A program made the position numbers and the translations under genes. Shown here piece after piece: positions 63,530 through 64,000 of a stretch of 64,000 nt of DNA; the first letter of the stretch is position 1, and every line of letters begins with the position of its first letter. Origin of the DNA: Octopus sinensis (taxonomy: Eukaryota); contig NC_042998.1 in assembly GCF_006345805.1 (NCBI RefSeq), forward strand, positions 2,418,001-2,482,000, in the 5' to 3' direction. The notes beneath the pieces were generated by a model. That model did not search any database. It was not told the origin of the DNA and worked only from the letters and a program-made list of their open reading frames with translations.

Positions 63530-63800
63530 TGAAGATGAATGAAAGATGGCGGCGAAGAGAAGATAGTGAGGTCAAATGCACCAAATCACAAAACTTTGCA
63601 GTAAGACAGCCATCTGCAGCACTGTTGTTGTTGGTGGTGGTTTCGTTGTCGTTGTTGTCGTTGTTGTTGTTCGTCTAATATGTTGCACTGAGATGATGAG
63701 AGGATCGGGTTTCTCTTAAGACACTGTCTGTTGGGCAGAGTGATTCAGAGTGAGGGCGGAGGAGTTTAAAGAGAGTGAAAGTGAGAGAAGAAAAGAAAGG
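63530..63800. promoter_or_regulatory. Possible second promoter or gene 5' end
   Basis: YY1-type AAGATGGCGGC at 63543-63553, CpG-containing unique sequence, donor-like GCA|GTAAGA at 63601, GGGCGG near 63755. Confidence 0.3.
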
Positions 63801-64000
63801 AAGGAAGAGATTGTTTCCCTGTGTGTTAGTCTACATGAGACTTCGCCTGGGTGTTTCAGTGTCTGTATGGTGTGTGTGTGTGTGTGCTATATTGTTTCAC
63901 ATGTGTGTATGTATGAGAGAAAGAAAGCAAAAAGATCAAAGAAAAATTATTATTATATTATATGCGTGAGTACATAATATATACTAGATAGATAGATAGA

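Noticed and set aside
63529-63678. 49-aa ORF with hydrophobic C-terminus
   Set aside because: The hydrophobic run is encoded by a (GTT/GTC)n microsatellite.

Overview
AT-rich, microsatellite-dense eukaryotic DNA. The repeat content (tRNA-headed CORE-type, Meta-type and V-type SINEs, RTE-tailed elements ending in (GAT)n, TTAA MITEs) matches what I recognise from octopus (coleoid cephalopod) genomes; this is recognition, not a database result. Most of the window looks intronic or intergenic and is filled with SINEs, MITEs, mariner/hAT remnants and LINE fragments, often nested with readable target-site duplications. The largest element is a ~3.5 kb frameshifted CR1-group LINE at 59.8-63.3 kb. 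A CpG-retaining domain at ~6.8-12.9 kb, centred on a promoter-like core at ~8.7-9.2 kb, suggests divergent genes. I could propose only low-confidence exons and could name no host gene. Nearly all supplied ORFs are repeat-derived artefacts. I found no CRISPR array, rRNA or genuine tRNA, and no evidence sufficient to claim a new biological system. The best leads are a 49-bp-stem hairpin, a higher-order RY minisatellite, a CCCH finger in the LINE's ORF1 region, modular repeat-spacer arrays at the 5' end of an RTE-derived element, and repeated retro-insertions into one MITE family.
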